From contig OZ231126.1 in assembly GCA_965153355.1 (NCBI GenBank), forward strand, positions 45,198,001 to 45,262,000: DNA of 64,000 nucleotides. Reading direction: 5' to 3'. Source of the stretch: Flaccisagitta enflata. Taxonomy: Eukaryota. Shown in pieces: positions 1-17,514 of this stretch. A program made the translations under genes and the position numbers. The number at the start of each line of letters is the position of its first letter. The first letter of the stretch is position 1. A model generated the notes under the pieces. It worked only from the letters and a program-made list of their open reading frames with translations, had not been told where the DNA came from and ran no database searches.

Positions 1-556
1 GCCATTCGCGAAACACCCTGGTAGGTTACTGCGAATATATGCAACCGTCCTCTTTCAGTAGATATAGTGGATTAATAGCAACACGATTTTTAGTCACTCG
101 CTAAATGCTACTTAAGGGACTCTTTAGGAAATTAGGTGCGAATTTCGGAGGTCGGTCTGTAACGCGAATGTTAAACACATGAAATTCATGACAGGGTGCT
201 TTCATAGATTTAGGAGAGCAATTTGCAAAGGGGCATTCAGGTTTTGTTTCAAGTCCGACAGCTTATGTCAGTCTGACAGAGTCAGATGTCTTTTTAGCTA
301 TCTTACTGTATCACTTAGATCTAAAACACCAATTTTATCATCGAAACCTACACTAAATCCAACAAATATGAACCGATTTATTTTCCTCTCTTTTTCTTTT
401 ATCCATTTTAAGAATTTTTTTTAAAGCTTTTCTTCTGAAAAATGAGTCTGACAGACTCCTCAGTCCGACAACAGGGCCTTTCTCTGAAGGCCCTGAAGGC
501 CCTCCTCCCACATCCATGGGTGCTTTACTCAGGTTTTGTATTTCATTAAAAATCAG

Positions 557-1115
557 GCACCTCTGGTGGACGTCGTATTATACGGAAAAATGCGAACCCG
601 AAATTAGGATGCATCTGCGTAGATTGCCATCAAAATGCAAAGACCTGTGGGCCGAATTTGTCCTATCCACGACTAAGAAGAGCAGAACCGGAACCGCCCT
701 GCCAATTCTCAGCGCGTCCCCGCCATCCACCTTTACAACTAACTCAACTACGACAAAAGTTGCGTTGCCGGTAACAGAGCAAAATAAGCTGAACACGTCG
801 CAAGCCGTAAAGAGCGATGAAGTTTCTACGTCCCCATTGCTGACGTCGACCGTTGAAAAAGATACAACAAACGCAGTATCAGCATCGTTCCGAACATTAA
901 CAGTGACACTTTCCTCCGAATTCGGTGGTTCCACCATCAAGTCTGCTGGAGAGAATACAATGGCAGACTTCAGTAACGCAGCGATTTTGATGACTCAAGA
1001 AACTCCTCAGCGTCAATTGACGTCCCAGTTTCCAAAGGATGCAAAACCTTCGAACGCAAACCGACCGTGGTACAATTGGTTAACATGCAACTACTATGTT
1101 AAGATTTCGTGTTGA
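557..1115 (+). CDS. Probable 3'-terminal coding exon of an unidentified gene entering from the left edge (Cys/Trp-containing segment followed by a Ser/Thr-rich tail)
   Basis: Non-repetitive open frame to TGA at 1113-1115. Acceptor-like aatcag ends at 556, and a donor-like tg|gtaggt at 20/21 is phase-compatible, giving ...AIRETPW|HLWWTSYYTEKC... No family recognised. Confidence 0.45.
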
Positions 1116-1348
1116 TATATCTTAGGATACTATCGTCACCGTTTGTAGAAAAAAAAAGATAAACTGATAAAGTAAAAACTGTGCTATTGTGTAGAAACCC
1201 AACATGATCTATTCCTTACCAGTTACCAAATACCAATGTTCATTTCCTTCTTAATGTCGCCGGAAGCGTGCCATATACCACGTAACATATCAATGATTTG
1301 CTAGCATTTTTACCCCATATGCATACTTCTACCATACGTCGCTCCGTC

Positions 1349-1559
1349 TTTTTAGTCGCGTGCACGCGACTCTACAACCCGCTTTGTCTGTCTGTCGGTC
1401 GGTCGGTCGGTCGGTCGGTCGGTCGGTCGGTCACACTTTCCTTTTTTTAATGATTTTATTTTTTTGACCTCACTGCTCCTGCCCACTTGGTCTGGTGACC
1501 TCAAATATGGCCCCTGCCCACCCGCACGCGACTTCGGCAGCCGTGTATCCGGCCTTGTT
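1349..1559 (+). mobile_element. Family A non-autonomous Helentron-associated (HINE/DINE-1-like) element, full copy
   Basis: T-run, 5' palindrome agtcgcgtg|cacgcgact, (GGTC)n microsatellite, 3' inverted copy gcacgcgact, 3' hairpin gccg-tgtatc-cggc, end ccttgtt. Close relatives at 5847-6050 and 51079-51284. Confidence 0.75.
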
Positions 1560-2569
1560 CTTGTCTTTCCTCCTTTCATTTTTCCTTAGCTGCTTTTTTG
1601 TTTCTGGTAATAAAAGTCGTCCAAAATTTTTAAAAGATATCTGTTCATCAAGTATTTGGAACCGTTGGCACACCCAAATTTCTCAATGATTGATGATGAC
1701 AACTTTTCTCGAATTATGATAGAAAAGCTAAAAAGAGGCTGTTTCAAGAAACGACCCATTATTACCAAACTCAGCCAGATTGGGTATGATGCAGGCCAGA
1801 GTTGATAAGACCAATTTTGTCTTTGATGAGGGGGGTGAAAGAGAGGGGGTGAAAGAGAGAGAATACTATTTCTGAGTCTCAAAAAGGAGGAAAGAAAAAG
1901 CAAAAAGTCGCTTGCCAAAAAAGGAAAAACGCAAACTTGAAAACGGAAACTCAAATTGACAGATCAAAAATTTTTAAGTCCAAAGGTCTTAAAAGAAGAA
2001 AAAAAAAGAAAGAGAAAAGATAAAAAAGAAAAGAAAAAAGTAGGAAAAGCACCTATATGTGTCGGATAAAAGAAAGAGAGAAAATGATGTCGAAGAAAAG
2101 AAATAAATAAGAGAGACGCAAATAAAAGTTTTTTCTCCATGCATAGAATTCTGCATCATTAACAAGATAACACCCGTAAACACCTCTCGATCACCTCTCT
2201 CGATCACTTCGCTCTATCTTTTCAGTCGCAGACTCACAACTCTTAAAGAGGCTTTGTCTGTCGGTCCGTTGGTCCGTTGATCCGTGGTGATCGAGTAAAA
2301 GACTATGAAAACGCGCATTTGAGCTGCCGCAAATGCGTGTGGGGGTTGCACAATGGGATGTGCGTGTTCAGAGCGAGCGAGGAAGCTTACATCTGCATGT
2401 CTCTCTATCTACGCCATTGATTTACTAATTTTTCAACCAAAATGGATTCCTCCCTCATAGAATTGACAAAAAACGAACGTTTAGGCGAACCAAAGTGGCT
2501 TATTTCATAATTTTTGGGCCTCATATTGAAGTAGTCCGGCATAGACCGGCAATCAAAATTCTGGCAAAA

Positions 2570-3532
2570 AGAGAGAAGAGGAAGAAGAAGGTGAAAAGGA
2601 AGGAGAAGACAAAAATGTCAAAGAAGAAGATGAAGTAGATGAAGGAGGGGAAGAAGAATGCGACGAAGGTGGTGGAGAAGAAGGTGGAGGAGGAGGAGGA
2701 GGAGGAGGAGGAGGAGGAGGAGGAGGAGGAGGAGGAGGAATCAAGTGATTGAAGATTTAAAAGATTAGTTTCAGTTTTAATGTTTTATTACGTAGGGAAA
2801 TAATGAGAACAGGAAGAAAACAAAAAGAATAAGAAGAAAAAGAAGTAGAAGAAGAAGAAGAAAAAGAAGTAGAAGAAGAAGAAGAAGAAAAAAAAAGAAG
2901 AAGAGGAAGAAGAAGAGGAAGATGAAGAAGAAGAAGAAGGCGGAGGAGAAAAAGGAGGCATTAGCACAAGGAATGTTGAAAAAATTACTTTTATCATAAT
3001 GACGCAAGGAAGAACAGAAGAAGAAGAAGAAGAAGAAGAAGAAAAAGAAGAAGAAGGAGAAGGAGAAGAAGAAGGAGGAGAAGAAGAAGAAGAAGAAGGA
3101 AAAGAAGAAGGACAAGAAGAAGGAGAAGAAGAGGAAGAAGGAGAAGAGGAAGAAGAAGAAGAAGGGAAAAAGAAGAGAGAGAGGAAGAGGAAGAGGAAGA
3201 AGAAGAGGAAGAGAAGAAGAAGAAGAAGAAGAAGAAGAAGAAGAAGAAGGACAAGAACGAGGAAAGGCAGTAGAATGAATCAAAATTCGAGTACTGATTA
3301 GGCAACCAGAAAGAAGGAAAAGAAGAAGAAGAAGAAGAAGAAGAAGAAGAAGAAGAAGAAGAAAAAAAAAGAAGAAGAGGAAGGAGAAGAGGAAGATGAA
3401 GAAGAAGAAGAAGGCGGAGGAGAAAAAGGAGGCATTAGCACGAGGAATGTTAAAAAAATTACTTTTATCATAATGACGCGAGGAAGAACAGAATAAGAAG
3501 GAGAAGAAGGAGAAGAAGAGGAAGAGGAAGAA

Positions 3533-3563
<31 letters not shown>

Positions 3564-3708
3564 AAGAAGATGAGGAAGAAGAAGAAGACAAAAAAGAACA
3601 AGAAGAAGAATAAGAAGAAGGACAAGAACGAGGAAAGGCAGTAGAATGAATCAAAATTCGAGTACTGATTAGGCAACCAGAAAGAAGTAAAAGAAGAAGA
3701 AGAAGAAG

Positions 3709-3739
<31 letters not shown>

Positions 3740-3990
3740 TAAAGATGTTGAAGAAGAAGAAGAAGAAGAAGAAGTTAAAGATGTTGAAGAAGAAGAAGTA
3801 GAAAAAGATGAAAAAAAAGGAGAAGAAGAAGTAAAAGAAGTAGAAGAAGAAGGAGAAGGAGAAGATGAAGAAGGAGAAGAAGAAGATGAAGAAGAAGAAG
3901 AAGAAGAGGAAGAAGAAGAAGAAGAGGAAGAAGAAGAAGAAGATCAGCAATAACAAGAATAAGAAGAGAAAGAAGAATCAAAGTTGGTGT
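2570..3990. repeat. GAA/GGA-rich purine tract containing a local tandem duplication
   Basis: Unique blocks ggcggaggagaaaaaggaggcattagcac...cataatgacgc (~2938 and ~3413) and gaaggacaagaacgaggaaaggcagtag...ggcaaccagaaag (~3246 and ~3617) each occur twice, separated by GAA runs of different length. Confidence 0.9.
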
Positions 3991-4768
3991 AAAGTTAGAA
4001 GATAAAAAGAAATTGAAGAATATCAATCCTGTTCCATTTCTAAATTCACTAAGATGAGAGAGAGATAGCTACATATAAATTAACTATGTGAGAGATAGAG
4101 ATAGAAAGAAAGAAATTAAAGCTCTTTTTCACCCATCATCAAAACAGGAGAATTAAGGTATGTTGGCCCTAGTTTGACCTATTCTCACTATGTTTTCCTT
4201 ATCAATAACACAGTTAGTGACCTTCCTATGATAATTTCAGGCCCGGCCATCCCCAGCGTTTTTTTTCTGAAATTGATTTGTATACACATGCAAATGAGAT
4301 AGAAGGCCCCAAATTCAAGGTGGGGTGAGGACTATGCAAAATGAATAAATGGGTCAATTTTTAGTTTTAAACCTCAGTATAGACTTTAATTCAATAGATT
4401 GTGGTCAACTTTTGACTTGGAATGATCATTTGATAAAAAAATTTGACCCCTAAAATTTGCCTCTGTTTTTGGCGTTTTTTTCTATTTTCCTAATTATCAT
4501 GATTTGGACGCTTTTTTAAGCACTCGTATGGGTTTTTTTTATGCTGAAATTGACTGAGACATATGCTAAAATGTTTTTAGCAAGTGTTTCCTTCAGATTT
4601 AGGCCCGTTTTCAAAGAAAAAAAAATTGTCATACCGCTGGCTATCACCAGCCACATTCCATTGTGGGTTGGAGGGGGTGTGAATGGGGGTTGGACGCCCC
4701 TGCCCACCCGTCCGCGACGATATTGTGACCCCGCGCCACTTGTTCTCTCTCTCTCTCTCTCGTGCGTA

Positions 4769-6991
<2,223 letters not shown>

Positions 6992-6997
6992 GCTGTC

Positions 6998-7050
<53 letters not shown>

Positions 7051-8494
7051 CACAATGTTAAAGGCGCATCACCGTCATTACTATTCTCAATTATCTTAAT
7101 TCTAATAAATTAGACGCTCTGAGACGTTTTGAACTCTAGGGAAGTGTACCCCTACGTATTTGGAGATATCAATCAAAAGTACTCGTGAATGATAGAAATT
7201 AGTGCTTACATAGAAAGAACTATGAAACTAATGCACATGTGATTTGCCACATGTCTAAGTTATTATGCCATGATTATCACAGCGAGTCCTTTTTAAAAGG
7301 CGCTTTTGAATTTCTATCAACCATCAACCAGTTTACCCTGCAAAGACGCCCAAAAATCCGATCTTACAACTTTTATATTGTCATCAAATGTGCTCAGAAT
7401 ATCTTCGATGTGCGACACAAAATTTTGAGGCTCACGACTCATGAGGTAGGATGACAAGCCATTACGTGACTTGCCATTTGGAGACCTCGCTTGAAAAAAG
7501 GTCATTTCCTCCTTGTTGCATTTTGTACTGTGAAAAAAAGTTGAAAAAGTTTTTAGGGAAAAAAAACGCGCAGGAAAACAGGGAATTGAATGAGACAAGA
7601 AGAAGAAAAAGAAGACGAGGAAAAAAAAGAAGAACACGATTAGGACGAAGAACAAGTAGAGGAAGATGAAAAGGAAGAAGTAGAGGAAGAAGAAGTAGTA
7701 GAAAAAAATGATAATGAAGAGGAAAAGGAGAAGGATAAGGAAACGGTTAAAGAAAGAAAAAAAGAAGAAAAAACACGAATAAGAAGAAGTGGAAGGGAAA
7801 AAAGAGAAGGGAAGAAGAAGAAGGAGAAAAAGAAGAAGAAGAAGAAGAAGAAGAAGAAGAAGAAGAAGAAGAAGAAGAAGAAGAAGAAGAAGAAGAAGAA
7901 GAAGAAGAAGAAGAAGAAGATCAAGAAGAAAAGAAATGGGTGTAAAAAGACTGAAATATCACACAGTAGAAGACTTAAAGGAGGTGATGTCTAGAAAAAC
8001 TTCAAGACAGTAAAAAAAAAGAGAAAAGGAGGAAGAAGAAGAGGAAGCGGAATGAAGACGACAAGCGAAAGTTAAAGGGAAGAAGGTGATGACGAGGTGC
8101 AAGAGGAAAAACGGGAAAATATGCAAATGAATCTGGGCGCACGGGGAGGCGTAAAAAGAAAAAAAAAAGATAAAAAAAAAAAAAAAAGAAAAAAAGAAAA
8201 GAAGGGGAAAAAAGAGAAGGCTCAAGTGCGAAGGAATAAAGAAGGGATTGGACGTTTTTGTGGAAGGTAATAAAGGAGAAGAAGTTGAGGGTGCGTTTAG
8301 GTAGATGAGGAAGGAACGCGGCGAGAATTGTTCGTCAGAGACCCTCAAAGGCGGAGTGAGAGTAAGACTAAGGGAAGACTAAGGATGCTAATCAGACGGA
8401 CGAAACGATACCATAGAGATTAAAAAGAAGAAAAAAAAAAGAGTTAAACCAAATAGAAAAAATAAAGGCCTGGAGAGATAAAAAAAAAGTGAGG

Positions 8495-8611
<117 letters not shown>

Positions 8612-8967
8612 AGAGAATTATCAATAGAGGCTTACCTTGTGGATAAAATATAACAGAGCGAAAATAAGATTCTAGTTACCACTAAATGTTCTGGTAGCTG
8701 AAAAAAAAAAGAACGGAGATAACGAAGAGAGTAGGAAAGAAAGAAAAGGGAAAGGAGAGTAGAAAATGGTGATGATAATGAGATGGGCGGCAGGTTAGAG
8801 AGGAAGAACAATTCCGCCAAATCTCCAAATTCAAAATTCATGAGAATTTTGTTCAAGAGGTTCTCCAAGGGCTCTCAGCCGAGTCTGGAGCCAAAAACCT
8901 CAAACTAAAATTGAATAAAGAAATCTCGGAAACCCGTGGAAAGGAGGATGAGCCGAAGGAACAAGTG

Positions 8968-9058
<91 letters not shown>

Positions 9059-10442
9059 AGAGCAGAGCAGAGCAGAGTCGGACGGAGCGGCTGACAGACA
9101 GAGGTGGAAGGAAGGTGGAAAGGGAAAAAGATGTCTGCACAAAATACTACGACATTGGCATAGAATACACAAAATTTGGACCGGTTTTTGTTGATAACGG
9201 TTGTTGAATAATAAAACTGCATGTAATCGCGCTAATAGAGACCGTTCATAGTGCCGACTAGTCATATTGCTATTCCCTGCATTACTTTCATGATTTCTGA
9301 TATCATCTCCGAACGACCTTTACTATTTCTTGAGCCAGCGCCGAGACTACATTCTGTTTCACCTTTGAACCATCACCAGTACCATTTACGGAGCAATCTC
9401 TGCAGCTCCAGACACCACCTGTTCTCCCGCGATCCGCTAGTGCCATCTTTTACAAGAAATTCTCTAACTTTTGCTTCTTTTCGTGGATATCTTCTATAAC
9501 TACGCTTACAATTTGAAATTCCTGTTACACAATCCATGTTTAGCACATAGAATCCGTTGCCAAGTTAAGCTAAATTCATTTCAAACGTTTGGGTGAGAAA
9601 AAAAAAGAAAACTTTCCCGCAAAATCCCCCAAGGAAGAAAATCTGGCGTCTTGAACGGAACTTGAGGGAGTGATAAAGATGTAACAAACTCGATGCACCC
9701 ATAGAGATGGGAGAGAGATAGACAGCGGCGTTTTCTGAATACGGCACCTGTGGGGTTATATTGAGTTCCTCACCCCCGCTGTTCATACTCTGTCTCATTA
9801 AACTGCGTCATTCTCGTAGTTTGCGTTGCTCGATCAACTCGTCAACTTTCAACAGATGTTTTGACGACCTGTAATACATGGTATTTGCAGAATATGAATG
9901 ATGGACATGTACATATTGTAAACGGTTAAATGTTGCTTCTCCGTGAACATCTAAAAATGAAAAAGGTAAAATGAAAAAAGGAAAATGAAAAGAGGTAGAT
10001 GAAAAAAAGTAAAATGGGGGGGGGGTGTTAGGTGGTGGTTGAGATGTACGGTTGTAAAACGAAAAGAAATAGCATTGGCCGCCATCGATTCATTAATCCA
10101 AACAATGAATGGAACGTGAGAAAACCGGAATGGTGTCGATTGCCTGCCATCCCACGAATCTGATGAATGGGCGCGACTTTCAACACAGTGATAGAAGCAA
10201 TTGCAATCAGTTTTAGCGCCTCTCTCTGGAGGGGCGATGGCGCCTACAGAGGGACCATCACATCGAGACGCGATACTCATCCAGGAGAACAACGGGACTC
10301 CATGTATCAAAGAATGGCTGTCTCTGTCTCTCTCTCGTTCTCCCTCGGACAACACCAGCCGAAAGGAATCGTAATGATTGATACAAACCGAGGCCGAGAA
10401 AAACACCACTTGCATCCCTACACTTTGCTAATGAGAATGAAT

Positions 10443-10563
<121 letters not shown>

Positions 10564-10588
10564 GAGAGAGAATAGAAAGAAAGAATGA

Positions 10589-10664
<76 letters not shown>

Positions 10665-10669
10665 AGGGA

Positions 10670-11380
10670 AACAAGTCATCTAAGGATCGCACATGGTCAG
10701 CGGTACCCGATGCCCTGCTTCGAGTGATCAGCTGAAGAAGTGGAGTGGGCTGATGTCCTGTAGGACACAGGGGTGAATTTCCATACATCCTGAGAAGGTA
10801 TATTTTGGGCCTTTGGGGCAATTTTCCTTTATATTTAATGGGCGTCATACATTTATTTTTTAATTTCTTGACAATTTTCCATGTTATTCAATGAGAATTT
10901 CAAGTTTTTCTTGTTTTTAAAATCAATTTTGCATTTTTTTTCATTTTTTGTTAATTTCCCATGTTATATGATGGGAAATTTGGATTTTTCTATTTTTAGT
11001 TTCATGCTATGCGACTCTACACCCCGCTTTGTCGGTCCGTCCATCCATCGGTCCATCCATTGGTCCGTTGGTCCGTCCGTCACACTTTAGTTTTTTTTGT
11101 GGCTTTTGGCCTGCTCCTGCCCAAATCATCTGTTGACCTCAATTACAGCCCCTGCCCACCCGCAGGCGATTGGGGTAGCCGTGTATCCGGCCTTGTTTTT
11201 GTAAATTTTCAATGTTATTCAATAGGAAGTTTGCATTTTGTCATTGTCCCATGTTATTCAATGGAAATTGAGAATTGAGAAGCTTTGGGGGGGGGGACGT
11301 ATGGACAGACGTAGGGATAGACGTAGTGAAATTCACCCCTGTATCCTACAAGACATCGGCCCTTTGGGGCTGCTGCCCAA
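10670..11380 (-). mobile_element. Family B element with a nested family A copy (~11000-11196)
   Basis: Reverse-orientation tail acaagtcatctaaggatcgcacatggtcagcggtacccgatgccctg at 10671 and IR arm cccctgtatcctacaagacatcggccctttggggctgctgccc at ~11336-11378. An A copy ending ccggccttgtt lies inside. Confidence 0.65.
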
Positions 11381-11911
11381 CAGGCCTTTTGATTTTTCTT
11401 TTCTGCCGACAAGCAAAAATTTTCCCCTGAACGCTGCCGACTTAGCTCGAGGGTGGGGGTCAGTGGTTAAATGTAGGGGTTCAGTGAACCAGGTTCACTT
11501 TTCATTGCTGATACCGCCGTACAGCCGACTTGGGCCTGGACACTGCCCAAAAATCCCCGCGAAGCTTATACTGGCTTTCACCTCCGTGATAGTGTTCAAG
11601 CCTAAGCACAGAAAGAGGATCTCCAGAATTTCCACTTTACCGTGTTTTTTTCAGTTATTCTATCATCAATATCTATTGTTTGGCGAGTGGCTTCATGAAA
11701 CACGTGATGATGTTGAAAACTTTTACATGCGATTAAGATTTTCCTTTTTTCAATTCACAACATAAAGGACTAAGTTGTTATGATATCTTTAGTTCAAACT
11801 CACAGTTTTCCAAATCAACTAAGTTATGCAAGAGCAGTAATCATAAAACTACAATATGCAAATGATATCATTGCTGACTGCAATTACCATTAACTCCATT
11901 TCGATCTTCTC

Positions 11912-12351
11912 CTTTTTGGGCAGCGGCCCCAAAGGGCCGATGTCCTGTAGGACACAGGGGTGAATTTCCATACGTCCGTCCGTACATCCGTCCGTACATC
12001 CCCCCCTGGAGCTTCTCAAGCCTCAAATTCTCATTGATTAACATGGGAAAGTGATAAAATGCAAACTTCCCATTGAATAACATGGAAAATTGATGAAATG
12101 CAAACTTCCCATTGAATGACATGGAAAATAGATAAAAAATAGAAAAAATGTGAAATTCCCATTAAATAACATGGAATATTGCTCCAAAGGCCTCTAATAA
12201 GCCCGCTTAGGACGTATGGAAATTCAACCCTGTGTCCTATAGGACATTGGCCCTTTGGGGCCGCTGCCCTGCTCTCACTCCACTTCCTCTGCTATCACTA
12301 CAAGCAGGGCATCGGGTACCGCTGACCATGTGCGATCCTTGGATGACTTGC
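11912..12351 (+). mobile_element. Family B element (long inverted arms, central ~38 bp repeats, hairpin tail)
   Basis: gggcagcggccccaaagggccgatgtcctgtaggacacagggg at 11917 and its inverse at ~12228-12269; (GTCC)-type repeats; tail cagggcatcgggtaccgctgaccatgtgcgatccttggatgacttg. Confidence 0.75.
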
Positions 12352-12499
12352 TCTGTTTCTTTTCTTTCTTTTTCCTCCTTCTTCTTCTTCTTCTTCTTCT
12401 TCTTCTATGGTTGGGACCTGCCGACATATCCCTTTCCCTGCCGGGAAGCGGCGCTGCTCGCTGCTCCAAAATATAGAGGCCTGCTGCCCAAAAAGCGAG

Positions 12500-12790
<291 letters not shown>

Positions 12791-13045
12791 ATTAAAAAGA
12801 ATAGAGATGAAGAGAGGTAAGAAAGTGTAGGATAGACTCCCAGATAGATAGAGAAATGGAGTGAAAGTGAGAGTAAAAGAAAGACGTCTAAGGAGAAAGT
12901 AGAGAAAGAAGAACCCTTTGAGAAATGCAATCAGAGAACAATGGTGAAGATGTACAATTAGCGAAATGTCATTAAGCATAAAAGAAAGACTTTCCGTCAA
13001 GAAGGAGCCAGAGAGTGAGATGAGTGAGAGTAAGAGAGATAGAAG

Positions 13046-13154
<109 letters not shown>

Positions 13155-13895
13155 AGACAGAGAGACAGACAGACTGACAAACTGGCAATAAGATTGACTG
13201 AGAGAACAAGGCCAAGGGTCGATGTACGTATGAGACGCCACGTTTGCCACGTCCACGGAAGTGGTTATTATCATTCAAAACTTGATATTTGGTCTCACTT
13301 GGCTTGACACCGAATACACGGCACCCCAGTCGCGGATAGTTGGGCAGTGGCAGTAATGCCTAAAAACGTTAACCACCGAGGGACCGACCAACAGATGAAT
13401 CCACGGTCCAACGGAAGAACCGGCGGACCGACCAATACAGCAACTTGAAGAGACGGGCGCGAGAGTCCACAATGAAAAAACAAAAGTACAGAACATGCTA
13501 AAAAAAATTGCTGGATTTACTCTTTCCAGCATAGGTTTTGGGAAGATCATATGTGATGAGCAAGTATTCAATATTTTTCATTCCAAACTGAAAAATGTCT
13601 ACTCTGCCAACATCAGTTGATTTTCAAACCTAACGACAAAAACAAAAGGGGCGGGTTGATTTTGGAAGACCTAAGTTTAAGGCACCCCTAATAGCGGGAA
13701 AGAAGAGAGGGACAGAATAAGACTGAGACATCTTCAATCAAAGACAAAGAGAGGAAGACTGGGACAGACACGAATGGAGACAGAGGTAAAGAGGAATAAA
13801 CAGACGAATACGACCCTTGAAGACCAGAAAAGTGAAAAGAAGAAACGGGGCGGCTATCGACTCAACGAGGCACCGGCGGCAGCACCGGTACCGGC

Positions 13896-14545
<650 letters not shown>

Positions 14546-15537
14546 TATTTATTCTGTTGGCAATAGTAAAAAAAGTATCGGTGAAAGTGAAAGAAGCTAA
14601 AGAAGCAGAAGAAGAAGAACCGGCGGGAACGGAAGAAAAAAAACCCTGGAGCTATTAGAGTAAAACAATCCGGTAATTGAAACGGTCTTCATTGCCTGGA
14701 CGCGGAGACGCGAGCAGAGATTATGGCCGTGAAGAAAACGTTTTCAACTCCTTGGCTTCGTCTTGTTATGTTTTATTCATTCCTTTTTCCCCTTTCTTTC
14801 TCTCTGAGACTAAGTCTCACTCTTTTCTTCTTTTTTTTTACTGCCTCCTGTTCAACTGTTACTTTTTGGCAGCGACTAAACAGATTCAAACGACCTTTGT
14901 TTTCAAGCTGGTTGGATTTAAGACTGATGACTTCAATGAAATGAACTAATCTTCTCTGAGACAATCTCATTCAAACCTCTTTTTTTCTCCAGATTGGAAG
15001 CTATTTGAGTTAAAGAAAAAAAAAGATCATCCCGCATTAAGTTAGTACCAAATTTCATTTGTGATATCAGCAACTTATGTCCTATTGACCAACCTTAAAC
15101 ATTTGCCATCCTTGTTTTTTCTCCTATATATATTAGCAAAACTATTTCTAGAACTTTCCGTCTCCCGTCGCGTCTTCCAAGTTCTTTCCACCGGTTTCCC
15201 TTCTTCTTTGTTTTTTTATGGTGCTTTCAGCTTCTGAGTAGACGATTTTACTTTGTTTTCCAGAGTCTCAACCGTAATTTTCTTGTTTGTCAGTTGAATG
15301 GCGGATCCGCACCTCTCAGCGTCTCAGCGTCTCGGCGAAACAATTTCTTCCACTTTTGTTGCCTTTCTTTCACTTTTCTGTTATTGTCTTCAGCTTTGCC
15401 TTACTCTTTGTGGTCCGTATTTACAGACATTCCTACCTTTACCTTATTTGAGAAAACTCACATCGTACTGTGAAATTTGAAGCCGTTAATTAGTGTTGGA
15501 CATGACGCAGATAAATCTCTCCCTGTCGACTTATTCC

Positions 15538-16616
15538 TTTTTGGGCAGCAGCCCCAAAGTGCCGTTGTCCTGACGGACACAGGGGTGAATTTCTTTACAT
15601 CTGTCCGCACCTCCGTCTTTCAATCTGTTTGTCTGTATGTTCCCTCCCTTGAAGCCCCGTAGGCCCAAATCTGGCTCTTTCAGATCTGAAATCAGTCCTA
15701 AGAGACTCAAATCAACCCTCTCAGACCTAGAATCATCGATCTCGGGTTCAAAATTAGCTCTCTCTGATCCAAAATCAACCTTGATAGGACCAAAATCAGC
15801 CTTTTTGGGCAGCGGCCCCAAAGGGCCAATGTCCTGTAGAACACAGGGGGGAATTTCCAGACGTCCGTCCTTCCGTCCTTCTGTCCGTCCGTCCCCCCCC
15901 ATTGGCCATCAAGACCTCAAATTTGCCCTCCAAGCCCTCAATTTAGCCTTTGAGGCCTCAAATCAGCCTTCTAGGCTTATAATCAGCCCCCTCAGCCTCA
16001 AATCTGACCTCCAGACCTCAAATCTGCCCTCCAGACCTTCAATCAGCCTCTAAAGCATCAAACCAGCCCTCTGTGGCTCATATTTACCCTCAAAACCTCA
16101 AATCTTCTCTCCAAGCCTTAATTCTGCCCTCCAACCTTCAAATATGCCCTCAGTAGCCTAAATTAGTCATCTAAGGCCTGAAATATGCCCCCTCAGGACG
16201 TCTGGAAATATCCCCCTGTGTTCTACAGGACATCGGCCCTTTGGGGCCGCGGCCCTTCTCTAACTCCACTTCATAACTGAATCACTCCCAGCAGGGCATC
16301 GGGTACCGCTGACCATGTGCGATCCTTGGATGACTAGTTTGGCCTCAAATCAGCTCTCAAAAGTCATAAATCAACCCTCCCAGACTTGTATTCAGCCCTC
16401 TCAGGCCTGACATAAGCCCCATAACGCCTAAAATTTGCCCTCTCAATCTGACCTCTCAGGATGAATGGACTTAATGAAATTCACCCCTATGTCCTACAGG
16501 ATATCCGCCCTTTGAGGCCGCTACCCTGTTCTCACTCCACTTCTTCAATTAATCACTCCAAGCAGGGCATCGGGTACCGCTGACATGACCATGTGCGATC
16601 CTTGTATGACTAGTTA
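15538..16616 (+). mobile_element. Family B element with a second complete family B copy nested inside (15802-16340)
   Basis: Two 5' arms (15543, 15807), two inverse arms (~16196-16254, ~16480-16527) and two tails (ending ~16340 and ~16616) in nested order; degenerate ~21 bp central repeats. Confidence 0.7.
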
Positions 16617-16938
16617 CCGTCTGCCCTCTTCTCCTGGCCATTTTGCTGCTCTGCCTCCCTCACTGCACTGTCTTTCCTCCTTCACCATCTTTTTCTTCAT
16701 TCTCCAACACCCCAAACTACATTCATCTCAACCTCTCCCTGACAATCACTCCTGTGCCCATACCCCGATCTCAATAGTTTCCACTCTTCACTACCCTCGC
16801 CCTCCATCAGCTTGTTTCTTTCCCTCTCTTCATAACTTGTTTCTCCTTTTCCATCTCCTGGCCAAGTGTCCACTTCCTCTTGTCCATCTCCCTCTAACTC
16901 CTCTGTCCACCGCGTTGCTAACCTGACACTCTCGAATG

Positions 16939-17035
<97 letters not shown>

Positions 17036-17514
17036 GCCGCTGCGCCATCTTTGGTCTTACGACTGAAACATTTCTTTCCCGCGCCTTCGTCTTTGAAAAC
17101 TCAATCACTGACTTACGGCAGTTAAAGCCAAACAAAAGACTAACTCGGGGAAAAGATGAAAACGGAAAAGCCAAGAAAAAAGGATTAAATCACTTCCCCT
17201 CACTCTTTTTTTTTTCTTCTCTCTCTCTCTTTCTTTAACGACCACTTTTCATTTTCTTCAGTGATATTTTTTCCACCATAGAGTCTTTTGAGCTTTTGCA
17301 ATGTTTCTCCGCGACTTTGTGTGTATACATTCGCCGTTGAGAAATCTGGACTGAGACGCGCGTAATTTATGAGAAAAGAAACGGTGAAAACTATCTTATT
17401 TGCATATCGTTGCTGTTGAGTGTTGAGCGCGGTCAGCTAATGGTGAGTGCAACTTTATACCAACTCTTTTTGTAGACGAGACTGTCAGTTTGCTAATTCC
17501 ATATTATAAAATGT

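Noticed and set aside
1495-1689. Recurrent peptides MAPAHPHATSVAVYPALF / NKAGYTATEVACGWAG seen at many loci
   Set aside because: Conceptual translations of the family A 3' end, not a gene family.
11912-12351. Family B as a tRNA-derived SINE
   Set aside because: No clear Pol III A/B boxes, poly(A) tail or TSD; the long internal inverted arms argue for a DNA-based element.
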